Below, piece by piece: positions 50,113 to 62,145 of a stretch of DNA of 64,000 nt. The notes beneath the pieces are model-generated. The model was not told the DNA's origin and did no database searches. It saw nothing but the letters and a program-made list of their open reading frames with translations. A program made the position numbers and the translations under genes. The stretch comes from Phyllobates terribilis (taxonomy: Eukaryota): contig NW_027362764.1 in NCBI RefSeq assembly GCF_046119375.1, positions 700,352,001-700,416,000 of the forward strand, written 5' to 3'. How positions within the stretch are numbered: the first letter of the stretch is position 1; each line of letters begins with the position of its first letter.

Positions 50113-51788
50113 CCTTAAAGGGATTGTCCACTTTTTATAGCAAAAATCAATATTTCTGAATATGTCTGTCCATATGATGAGCATGGTACCGGTCAAATGA
50201 TTGTACTGTGATTTTCTATCTGGCTGTCTTTAGAATCTTCCTTACATTGACAAGTTAAGCACCTGTGCAGAAGTGGGGGCAGCCCAGGGGTAAATTGCAT
50301 GGTATAGTGATCATGGCTGCTACCATCTTCATCACATTGAGAGTTGACACATTGTTTGCTTAGTGGGAAGATGAATAGCGGGGGGGGGGGGGGGTGTCTT
50401 TTTTGGCACAGCAGGGATGGCATATGCAGGTATTTATACTTTTCCCAGAAGAGGGTCACTTTTTAGTACCTGTTCCAATTTTTGTCCTAAAAGTGGACAA
50501 CCCCATTCATTATTAATTTCAGAGAAAATCTACTTTGAAAAGCCGGCTGTGGACGAGGCGTCTCAACGGACTAATCCGAGGCATGTCCTTAGCGCCTTCT
50601 CCTCACCTCAGTCCTTTCATTGACACTCAAGGATAGACCTGTCAGTCTAGTGGAGTCAGATGGGGAGAAGCCACTGTGGGCCGGTCTCGGACTAGTCATC
50701 CAAGAAGCATAGTCCCCGGACGACTTTTCAAAGTAGGTTTTCTCTGAAACGCCGTAACGTTTCAGAGTGAAACAATCATGGCTGTAATAAATCAGATGAC
50801 AAGTTTCCCTTGAACATGTGTCAGGAATGGGAAATTCTGTAGGCAACCCATGAAGATGGGCTGCTATACCATAGTTTCTCTTAGACCTCATTTAGATGTC
50901 GGTATTTCACCTACGTGTTTTATTTGTTTTTCACGTATAGAACAACACTTTTGCATTGCTTTCAACAGTGAAAAATACATTCACCGGTAAATGTCATTTT
51001 AACACTTTACTACTTTATCTGCCCATGTGGTGTGTGAGACATGATCAGACACATCCTGTTTCATTTATGGAGGGACTCTGAAAGTCACAAAGCCTATTTT
51101 TATAGGGCCATCAGGCTGCCCTTACTATTGTTAGAGGGCCATCAGCTGTCTATGCTTTGTTGCTCCCATTATTAAGGAGCGGGTTCCCTATACTGTTATT
51201 GCGTATGCAATGAGTGCAAGGCCTGCCTAAAATTTGGACAAACCCCAATACACCTTTGAAGAGACATAGAGGAGGGCCCCAGGAAAAATTTTTTTCCCAT
51301 TATAAGGCAGCGGGTCTCATATAGTGGTAATGCCCATGCAGTGACTGCAAGCGCTGCCCAAGAATTGGACTTACTCTAATATCCCTTTGAAGAGATGTAG
51401 AGGAGGTCCTCATTAAAAAAAATTATTACTATTGTTAAGGAGTGGGTCTCCTATACTGGTAATGCCCATGTACTAAGTGCATGGGCTAAAAAACATTTAC
51501 CCCTAGGGGTATACATGAACATACTGTGTTACATACAGAATGTTAGAGGTAGGCCTCTAAAAACATTTCCTACAGGCATCATAAACACCCTTAAAAATAA
51601 TTATGTGGGTGTTGCATCACGGTCACCCTGGTGATACGGTGGCGGAGGATGAAGAGAAGGAGGAGGACAAAAGAAAATAGACAAAATCAGGAAGCGTATA
51701 CCCATGTCTGGGTGTGAAGAGGTGCATGGGAATAGACCCCTCACCCCCCCCCCCCCACCCCAAAAAAAAAAAGCCACTGGATTTGAGT

Positions 51789-54700
51789 TTATTCCGCTGC
51801 TATCGTCCGGTGGTGTTGAGAAGTCTGGCCCTATCCAGGTGTTGTTCATTTTTATAAGAGTCAGCTTGTCAGCATTTTCAGTTGACAGGCGGATGCGCCT
51901 ATCGGTTATAATGCCCCCGGCGGCGCTAAAAATCCGCTATGACAAAATGCTAGCAGCAGGGCAGACTAGGACCTCCATGGCATATAGAGCCAGTCCTTGC
52001 CACATGTCCAGCTTGAATACCCAATAATTATAAGATACAGAGGAATCACGGAAGACGTTGGTACAGTCGGCAAGGTACTCATTCAGCATCTACCAAAACT
52101 TTTCCCCTCCTTATCAGAGTACCCTGCACATCAGGGCCTGGGCGCTGGGAGGGTCTAAGAAAACTTGTCCCACACATTTGACAGGGTTCTCTTGTCTCTG
52201 CTGCTTTGTATTTGTGTCTCCCTCGCCTGTACTCCTTAGCAGGGCTGTGGAGTCGGTAAGCCAAACCTCCGACTCCTCAATTTCCATGACACCGACTCCC
52301 TCATACATGGCACATGTTTAAATGATAAATTTACTGTAGCACAGATTCATGTCAGCTAAAAGTCTAGATCCTTTGATCAGGAATAGGACAGACATTTATA
52401 GGACATTTCATAACTTTCCCAAATTCGTATGAAAAAATTTTCCCCACAAACTGCATTGAACTACTGTACCCAATTTATTATATCTTTTAGGAGTCTAAGT
52501 TAGTACATTTTATACCGACTCCACCAAAATGGGCTCCGACTCCACAGTCCTGCTCCTTGGTTGTCCAAGGAACTGTGACCTCTACCGTCAGCGTTTTCAG
52601 ATTGGAATTTTTTTTTAAAATTCCGCATCAAAAGCCTTCTGGTACTGCACCATTTTACCAGACCTCTCTGCCGCGGGAAGGAGAGATGGAAAGTTCTCCT
52701 TGTAGCGGGGATCTAGAAGTGTGACCAACCAGTAATTACTGTCTGCCAAAATGCGTACAACGCGATGGTCATGGGAAAGGCAGAGGAACATAAAGTCAGC
52801 CATGTGAGCCAGACTGGTAACAGCCAAGTCTTCCCTGTTATGACCAGGAGGACGACTGTCCATGCTCTCCTCCTCCTCATTCTCCCTTTCCTCAGGCCAT
52901 CCACCCTGAACAGACTATATGACCGTTGTGTCAGTAGTACCGCCTGTAGCGCAGGAAAACCGCTCCTGTTCCTCCTCATCACCCAATCCGTGTTGGGATG
53001 AGATCAGGCTGGGATGTGTGGCGTCACCCTGTATGGTTCCTTGCTCCATCTCCTTGTGCTTGCAATGCCTCCTCTTTAATTGTGAGCAGCGAGCATTGCA
53101 GAAGACAGAGAAGCGGGATGGTGACGTTAATTATGGCGTCCTCACTGCTCACCATCTTGGTGGAGTCCTCAAAGTTTTGGAGGACAACACAGATGTCTCC
53201 ATGCCCACTCCTCAGTTCTTATGTGCGGAGGCTGACCTGAATAACGACAGGCGTCTTGAAGCTGGTACTCAACAACTGTCCTCTGCTGCTTACACATCCT
53301 TCCCAACATCTGCAACGTTGAGTTCCAACACGTGGCGACATCGCACACTAATTGGTGAGCTGGAAGCTGCAAACGCTGCTGAAGCACAGCGAGGGCGACA
53401 AAAGCTGTAGGTGATTTTCGAAAATCGGCACACACGCGGCGTACTTTGACAAGCAGCTCAGTCAGGTAGGTTTTGAGAAACCGCTGAACCACTAGGTTGA
53501 GCACATGGGCCAGGCATGGTACGTTTGTGAGGTTGCCTAGCTTAAGAGCCGCCACCAGGTTCCTGCCATTGTCACACACGACCATGGCTGGCTGTAGGTT
53601 CAGCGGTGACAGCAACAGATCTGCCTGCTCTGTTTCAGCTGTCAACAACTCTTCAGAGGTGTTTTGTTTGTCCCCTATGCATATTAGCTTTAGCAGTGCC
53701 TGTTGCCGCTTGGCCGAGGCAGTGCTGCAGTGCTTCCAGCTGATGTCATTTCGGAGATTGAGGCTGAGGAGGTGGTGCAGGAGTGGGGTAGTGACAACTG
53801 AACGCTGCTCTGGGACAAGCATGTGGACAATGACTGTGATGGTTGCAAGTGTGCAACGACAGATGCAGGGTGGGAGGCATCTGCTCCATGGACAGAGGAT
53901 TGGCGTGCACACATAACAGCTGAACAAGCAGTGGTGTCACCTGCAGACACTGTTTCTGGACCCTGGTATTCGGCCCAACTAGTCGGGTGCTTTGCTGTCA
54001 GGAGCCTGAGCATGCTGGTAGTGGTCAGGCTGGTAGTCTTGCTACCCCTGCAGATGGTGGCATGGCAGAGGGTACAAATGGCCTTTTTGGGGTTATCTAG
54101 ACAGCCTTTAAAAAAGAGCCAGACTCTGGAAGACCTAACACTTGGGCTGGCAACTTCCCTCGTATTGGTGTTTCGGGGAACAGTTGCCCGCCTTGTGTCT
54201 GTGGCCACACCACTGCTTGTTCCTCACTGTTATGGTGCTACGCCTCCCTCCCCCTGTGTGCTCCCATCCTCTCTATGCATGTCACCTTGCCAGGTTGGGT
54301 CAGTGACTTCATCGTCCACCTACTTGTCTTCCACGTACACACCCTGGGCCTCCTCCTGACTTGGTGGCATTTGTGTCTAATCATCAACATCTACCTCTTG
54401 CGACAGTAATTGCACTTTCCCACCGTTGCCTTCGTGTGACCGTGGCTGCTCAAATATTTGGGCATGACTACATGCGATCTCAGCTTGCCCCGCTTGAAGC
54501 AGGCTGGGCGAGAGGCCCGAATCGATAAGTGGAAAAGTGAACAGCTCTTCAGAGTGTCCAAGTGTGGGATCAGTTGTCTCTGGGCACTTGGCATGGTGGG
54601 AGGAAGGAGGATCAGGGTGAGGAATATAATGGTCCAGTCTCACGGCTACTGAGACTTGACCTTGTGGAAGACAGGCAAACTGACTGGGAGCATTAACTGC

Positions 54701-54898
54701 TATCCAACCAACAACCTTTTCACACTTCTATGGCCTCAAGAATGGTGTTCCGTGGCCCCCTAGTAATTGGGACAGGAAGTTAGTTCATCATGATGTGGGT
54801 GTTTGTTGTGCTCCCTTAGCAGGCATAGTTTCATCTCGGCCTCTGCGTTCACCCTCACATTCACTTCCCTGTCCCTTGCCACGCGCCTTTTTTACCAT
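51789..54898 (-). pseudogene. Decayed hAT (ZBED-type) transposase, interrupted by hAT MITE copy 7
   Basis: BED finger SRVWLFF...AICTLC...LTTTSMLRLLTAKHP. Catalytic core VVCDNGRNLVAAL...PCLAHVLNLVVQRFL...CDVATCWNSTLQML. Also TLLDPRYK and the C-terminal hATC segment RLSTENADKLTLIKMN. Multiple frameshifts. Confidence 0.88.
52240..52552. mobile_element. hAT MITE copy 7, nested in the hAT transposase
   Basis: TIRs present. TSD CTCCTTAG/CTCCTTGG. Confidence 0.85.
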
Positions 54899-55432
54899 TT
54901 TAAATGGAGTGTAATATTTGGCCCGCTCCACAAAATGTCACAATTATTACCACAGTAATATGGGATCACGTGTGATGACCAAAGTTTTAGAAAGTGGCCT
55001 TACAGATGTGCTATTTACTGATTTATTGCTATAGGGTATATGCTAAATTTTGTTTTGTTCTTTGGTTGTGTCTATGACTTGGGCATAGTGTGAACGTGCG
55101 CTTACACTTTTGCACATATACCAGTTTTATAGTCCAGCTCAGTTTTTTGGTTTTGAGTGATTGCACAGCAGCTAATCGGAGCACAGAGCAGTTTCCTATC
55201 TGATTCAGTAAACTGCAGTTACTGATCACGACATCTACCACCATTAAAGAAGCTGTACCTGTATGGTAATCGCTTGAAAATAATTATAATCTCAAGTAGA
55301 ATTTTGCTATAATTGGAGTTAATTTTAATTGCTATAGAGCTCTTATCGCTAATCTCGTAGACACTTGTATGTTGAAATCTCATCAGCCTGTGGTTCATGC
55401 TAGAGACTAGTTTCATTCTGACCTTTCCTTAA

Positions 55433-55700
55433 AGGGACTCTGCACGGAACGACTGTTCAAACCCAGTACAGGCGTTCAGTGCATCATGGTGTGGCCAACC
55501 TTTAAGAGCTCCTTTGCTCCTGCTTGTTTTCCCTCTATCTTCACACCTCTTCTTTGATTGACAGCTCTGGCTTCATAAACCAGAGAAGGGCAGAGATAGA
55601 TGGAAAACAAGCAGGTGGGAAAGTGCATTTAAATGTTTGGCCCCACTATGGTGCACTGAGCTCCTGTACTTGGTTGAACAGTCATTCTGGCAGACTCCTT
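55433..55700. mobile_element. T2-MITE (gggactctg family)
   Basis: TTAA flanks at 55429-55432 and 55701-55704. Interior is shared with 3951-4219 and 30763. Confidence 0.75.
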
Positions 55701-57099
55701 TTAAACCTGCTGCCGATTGTTCCTGTCCAAGACTAATCAATCAATCCAGTTGGATTTGTTTTCACGAACAGTGGAAATCTTACAATAAGGCCTACACTTG
55801 CATTGAACGAGGCCAAATGCAGACTAGTCGGCATGTGACCGCATGTATGCAAATCTTATACTTGTACTCGCGCCCCCTCCTCTTCTGACGTCTGCATCAG
55901 AGAATCCTCAAAGTGCGTGATGTGGGGATTCACAAGTCTGCAGACTTGTAATTTAAGACTAGACAGCCCCTTTAGAGATCAAATTCGCCAATTTGATTGA
56001 ATAGAAAAAAAAAGCCACATGGATGTCATCAGTGCTGTCAATGTTACTAATAAGTATAAAAAACATGCCTCGCTGATGGTAAAAAAATGGGGGTACAGAC
56101 CCAAAAACATGAAAATTGATCCTTTTGTCTTGTTAAAGTTAAAGGAAATCTGTCAGTAGGATCAACCCTCCTAAGCTGTCTATATGGGCATGTAGGTCAT
56201 AAGAAGCTGAATAAAATGATAGCTTGATATCTGTGATCTGATCTGTCTTGTTCTAGAGAAATTCACATTTTTCTTAAAATGTAAATGAGCTGTTAAGATC
56301 TACAGGCCGGACATAGATCTCCCTGAGAATCTGCCTCCAGAGATTATTATAAATGAAAGGAGGCATTACCAGTGTGAGACAAGTAGAACAGGAGAGCAGA
56401 CTGTCAGTCACTACATGTCTCACGCTGCTAGTAACGCACTGTTTCATTTAAATTAAGCTCTGGAGGCAGGTTCTCAGGGAGATCTGTGTCCGGCCGATAG
56501 ATCTTAACAGCTCATTTACATATTGAGAAATATGTTAATTTCATTGCAGACATATTCACATTTGTTTCTCCTTGAATGCAGTATGTGAAATCTCTGTTTG
56601 CAGTTTAACTAAGCATTTCTTCAGTTTTTGGGGGGGGGCGAGTGCTTTCTCCCCTCTCTCCCAGACACAGCTAATCACAGTTCGATAGCTGATCTAGCAG
56701 TCTCAAATGCTGGTAACCTGTGATTGGCAGTGTCTAGGAGGGAAGGGTTAGAGCCTTCCCTAAAGAAGACTCTGAAAAAACACAGAGCTGGCCTGCAAGC
56801 AGCTTGAGGAGAAACAAAAGTGAATATCTTTGCAATGGTGTGACGCTGCACAAAATGGATGAGTGGTAGAATAATGGGAGCTCACGGATTTTTACAATAT
56901 ATGTAACTCAATTTTTTGACCAAGTGACAGGTCAACTTTAAAGCAAGGTCTCGCAACTCAAAAAACATTGTGTAGCAAGTTGAACTGTTGGAAAGTGACC
57001 TGTAAGTGAGCTAAAGTAGATGTACAGTGTGTGGACTGTTGTGCCATAAATATTCTGTTTTTATAACTTTTTTTTCCATATTTCCTTTTTTTTTTACAG

Positions 57100-57130
57100 G
57101 TGATAAGTAAACAGCCGGTGATATGGATCT
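57100..57130 (+). other. Candidate 31-nt exon of an unidentified plus-strand transcript
   Basis: tttccatatttccttttttttttacag|GTGATAAGTAAACAGCCGGTGATATGGATCT|gtaagt: very strong acceptor and donor. Contains an ATG. Confidence 0.5.
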
Positions 57131-57296
57131 GTAAGTATTGAACATCGAAAAATCAAGACACAAAGAAAAGGTGGTTCAGACCTCAAAGGGGTTGTCCCAC
57201 AAACATAGTGCTCTTTGAAAATTAATAGATATCAGAATAATAAATTCCATAATTGGATGTGCTAAAAAATGTTTCTGTGCTGAGATAATCTTGTAA

Positions 57297-58943
57297 GGCT
57301 ATATGCACAATGTCCAAAAAAGCTAAGTAATCCGTCTGCCAGCTAATGCAATGACAATCCTGATGCGGAATTTTCTGCTCAGGATTGTCATTGCATTTAA
57401 TTCCGCAGCATGTCCATTCTTTGTAGCGTTCCTGCAGCGCAAAAATGCACAAAAGAATGGCACGCGGGCCGGCCGGGAAAGAAGACTACTTCTCTCATCA
57501 TTGGACTGCCGCTTGCGCTGTTGAAAAAAAAAAGTAAAAATCAATATTAAACACCTTATTCTCACCTGTCCGCCGTCCTCCCGATATCCCCCTGCGACCC
57601 TATAATCTGGTGGCCAGCGGTACATTGACGGGAGCGCGCTCACTCCCGGCAGTGTACATCGCTGCTGCCGGAGACTGAGTTAACCGGAGTTCATCAGTGG
57701 AAGATCAGCTGATGAGCTCCGGGACCTCACTTTACGGCATCTGTGCTGTGTGGGAATGTTTCCACGCATCACTGATGCAGTAAATGTGGTCACCGAGGCT
57801 GATCAGCTGATCTTCAGCTGATGAACTCAGCCAGCAGCACAGCGATGTACACTGACAGGAGTGATTACACTCCCGTCAGTGTACAGTGCTGTCTTCAACA
57901 GCAGTCACATCAGTGATTGATGTAGCTGTTGTAGAAGTGACCCAGATCGCTGTGGAACAATCGCATTACGTCATGACGGCGGACAGGTGAGGGATATGGT
58001 TGGTTGGTTGTTTTTTTACAGGAGACGAGGGATTCGGGAATTAGAAGAATATTAAATTCTTAAAACCATGTGTAATTTTATTTCAATAAAAGACTATTCT
58101 GACCGTGTCTTTATTGAAAAAGCATCGTAAACCTTACTACGGGGTTAGTAATGGGAGCGTCTTGTAGACGCCTCTCCATTACTAACCTGGGCTTCATGTC
58201 AGTCGCCAATAAAAGGCTGACATTAACCCCAACCTTATTACCGCACTTGCCACCGCTACATGGCAGTGGGAAGAGCGAGGATCCATGGCCCCTTCCCTAG
58301 CTATTAATATCAGCCCGCAGCTCTCTGTTTAGCCTTTGCTGGTTAGATTTTATAGGGTGACCCTACGTTAATTTTTTTTTCCGGGGTCCCCCTGTAATCT
58401 AGCCAGTAAAGGCTAAGCAACAGCTGTGGGCTGTAATTAATAGCCAGGAAACATTTTGGCTAATGGCCCCTTCCCCAGCTACTAATATCAGCTCCCAGCA
58501 GTCGGCTTTCCCTCTGCTGGTTATGAAAATGATGCAGGAGCCCACGCCATTACTTTAATTTCATGTGATCACAATCTGGACGTAGCAGCATTTTGGACGC
58601 AGCATATTTTTGCTGCGTCCAAAACGTTGCGTTCTATTGAACGCAGGTAAATCCGCATGTGTTCACTGAACCATGCAGATTTACCGCATTCAGTATTTTA
58701 GTGGTGAAATTTCTGTTGTAGAGACTAGCGACTCTCGCAAGAGAAATTCACATGCTGATGTCCAGAAAGACGTGCCGCATGTCAGTGTCCACGGGTGATC
58801 TGTAGCCTCAGATGCACGCATAGTGGACATGGGATTTCTAGAAATCCCATCCACTATGCTGTAACATCTGGATGCTGCGGGTTTGACGCTGTATAAACAC
58901 GCAGCCTCAAACCTGCAGCGCCTCCTGATTGTGGCCACGTACC
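57297..58943. mobile_element. Composite of non-autonomous PIF/Harbinger elements
   Basis: TAA|GGCTATATGCACA start, central palindrome at 57560-57990, and a right part homologous to MITE 6263-6591 ending CCACGTACCC. Confidence 0.6.
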
Positions 58944-59677
58944 CAAACTCACCCGCAGCATGTCAATTTCTGTAGTGGAGACGCGAGTCTGCGCTGCAAA
59001 TTTTGACCGATTGAAGTGTCAATTACATGCAGTGGATCTGTATGTATTGACAAGAAAATTGTGGCATTTTGGACGCAGCTAAAATACTTAAAAGACTTAG
59101 CGGCTAAACAAACAGCTATGAGCTGTTAATAGCCAGGGAACATGTTTGCACCTTCCTAGGCTAAAAAATAGCAGCCCACTTCCCCAGAAATTACATGAAT
59201 GGGAATGCTAATGAGATTTGTTTAGCTGACACCTAGCCCTTTTGTTTAGTGATGACAACGTGTCAATCAGACCCTTTCATTACTAAGCCTAAGTAAAACA
59301 CTTTATTTGAAATACAAGAGACACATTCTTTAATCATTTAAATTTACCAATATACTCACCCCAGGTCTGAGGGTAATCCAAGGCTTAAAGCGATGTCACA
59401 CGTTTCTTTTTTCAAATATCTTTATTTAGCTCCAAAAAGCATTCGTTGATGTACAAAATCGCATCAAAATCATGGCAAGACGCACGTTTTTTTCTGCAGC
59501 ACTTTTCCTGCCAAGAGATGCAGAAATTTCTGCAATCAAATCCTGAACATGCGCACATAACCTGAATGTGCCCCTACTCTATATTCTTATTTGCTGTGTC
59601 CGACCATGTAGAGCTGCTCCAGTTCATGGTCAACACATATGACTGCTCCTGACCAGGGTGGAAGTATAAGTCACTTA

Positions 59678-61323
59678 CAGTTAGGTCCATATATATTTGG
59701 ACAGAGACATTTTTCTAATTTTGGTTCTAGACATTACCACAATGAATTTTAAACAAAACAATTCAGATGCAGCTGAAGTTCAGACTTTCAGCTTTCATTT
59801 GAGGGTATCCACATTAAAATTGGATGAAGGGTTTAGGAGTTTCAGCTCCTTAACACGTGCCACCCTGTTTTTAAAGGGACCAAAAGTAATTGGACTATTG
59901 ACTCCAAGGCTATTTCATGGACAGTTGTGGGCAATCCCTTTGTTATGTCATTCTCAATTAAGCAGATAAAAGGCCTGGAGTTGATTTGAGGTGTGGTGCT
60001 TGCATTTGGAAGGTTTTGCTATGAAGTAAACATGCGGTCAAAGGAGCTCTCCATGCAGGTGAAACAAGCCATCCTTAAGCTGCAAAAACAGAAAAAAACC
60101 ATCTGAGAAATTGCTACAATGTTAGGAGTGGCAAAATCTACAGTTTGGTACATCCTGATAAAGAAAGAAAGCACTGGTGAACTCATCAATGCAAAAAGAC
60201 CTGGTCGCCCACGGAAGACAACAGTGGTGGATGATCGCAGAATAATCTCCATGGTGAAGAGAAACCCCTTCACAACAGCCAACCAAGTGAACAACACTCT
60301 CCAGGAGGTAGGCGTATCAATATCCAAATCTACCATAAAGAGAAGACTGCATGAAAGTAAATACAGAGGGTTCACTGCACGGTGCAAGCCACTCATAAGC
60401 ATCAAGAATAAAAAGGCTAGACTGGACTTTGCTAAAAAAAACATCTAAAAAAGCCAGCACAGTTCTGGAAGAAGATTCTTTGGACAGATGAAACCAAGAT
60501 CAACGTCTACCAGAATGATGGAAAGAGAAAAGTATGGCGAAGGCGTGGTACACCTCATGATCCAAAGCATACCACATCATCTGTAAAACACGGCGGAAGC
60601 TGTGTGATGACTTGGGCATGCACGGCTGCCAGTGGCACTGGGTCACTAGTGTTTATTGATGATGTGACACAGGACAGAAGTAGCCGAATGAATTCTGATG
60701 TATTCAGAGCCACACTGTGTGCTCAGATCCAGCCAAATGCGGCCAAACTGATTGGTCGTCGTTTCATACTACAGATGGACAATGACCCAAAACATAAAGC
60801 CAACGCAACCCAGGAGTTTATTAAAGCAAAGAAGTGGAATATTCTTCAATGGCCAAGTCAGTCACCTGATCTCAACCCAATTGAGCATGCATTTCACTTG
60901 TTAAAGACTAAACTTCAGACAGAAAGGCCCACAAAGAAAACCGCAACTGAAAACTACCGCAGTGAAGTCCTGGCAGAGCATCAAAAAGGAGGAAACAGCG
61001 TCTGGTGATGTCCATGAGTTCAAGACTTCAGGCAGTCATTGCCAACAAAGGGTTTTCAACCAAGTACTAGAAATGAACATTTTATTTACAATTATTTAAT
61101 CTGTCCAATTACTTTTGGTCCCTTTAAAAACAGGGTGGCACATGTTAAGGAGCTGAAACTCCTAAACCCTTCATCCAATTTTAATGTGGATACCCTCAAA
61201 TGAATGCTGAAAGTCTGAACTTCAACTGCATCTGAATTGTTTTGCTTAAAATTCATTGTGGTAATGTCTAGAACCAAAATTAGAAAAATGTTGTCTCTGT
61301 CCAAATATATATGGACCTAACTG
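59678..61323 (+). mobile_element. Young full-length Tc1-family (IR/DR type) transposon, 1646 bp, TA target duplication
   Basis: About 220-bp TIRs CAGTTAGGTCCATATATATTTGGACAG..., differing by about 4 substitutions and one 3-nt indel. TA flanks on both sides. Confidence 0.95.
60032..61070 (+). pseudogene. Tc1 DD34E transposase with one nonsense codon and a few frameshifts
   Basis: MRSKELSMQVKQAILKL..., GRPRKTT, WTDETK, QMDNDPKH, WPSQSPDLNPIEH. TGA at 60104-60106. Frameshift in the A-run at about 60434-60441 and further slips near the C-terminus. Confidence 0.9.
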
Positions 61324-61392
61324 TATAAGTTAGTATACAGACAAAACAGCAGGTGCTCACAGCTGCTGTTTTCTGAGGTAACACGTTTCTCC

Positions 61393-62145
61393 TGTGATAC
61401 CTCGGCCAGGGCAAGTGTTTCTGCCAAGTGTTCAGCCGTCTGCTAGAGTAGCGCCGGCGCCCCTGCACGTGTCACCTTCCTCCTCCCAGCAGGGACGCCG
61501 ACGTGTTCACTTACCCGCCCACGCTCCTGCGGCATCTGTTTTCTCCCAGAACCTGCATACAGCATGCACATCACCTGGGAAGAATTGCATAGGGTGTGCG
61601 TGCGTGCACTTCCCTGCTTCTTAAAGAGGCCGCACGCACTTCTGAAAATGTCCCCAGCCAATGGCTAGGAGACATTAGGTGCTCAAGACACCCTCCCCAA
61701 ATGGGTGGTGCCTTAGCAGCATCAAATATCGCAGTATAGTCCTGTTACCAGGTTGTAAGGTCCTTATTCCTGTGTTCCCTGAATGTGACTCTGTCTGCAC
61801 GTGGTCCTGTCCATCACGTACCTGAGCCTGTTCTGTTTCTACCTAGCCCCGAGCCTGATCCGCCTTGCCTGCACCTATACCGCTACCCTCATTTGTCCAG
61901 TCTAAACTTGCACCTGTGATCCTGTACCCAAGTCCATCCCTTGTTCCAGTACCTATCCTGCTCGTGCCTGATCCAGCAGCGGTTGTCTAGTTACATCTCT
62001 CGCGTTATCCAGTTCCTGGCCGATCCTGCTTCCCTGCCCCCTTGGGGGTCAGCTGCTGCGGCTCTGCGCTCTGTCCTGGATTAGCACCTGTGTTCAAGTC
62101 TAACCACATCATCAAGGGCTCTAGTGAACTTATAAGTGACTTACA
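61393..62145 (+). mobile_element. Probable solo LTR (Gypsy-type)
   Basis: TG...CA ends, GC-rich 5' half, pyrimidine-rich repetitive 3' half (cctg motifs). No TSD verified. Confidence 0.45.
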
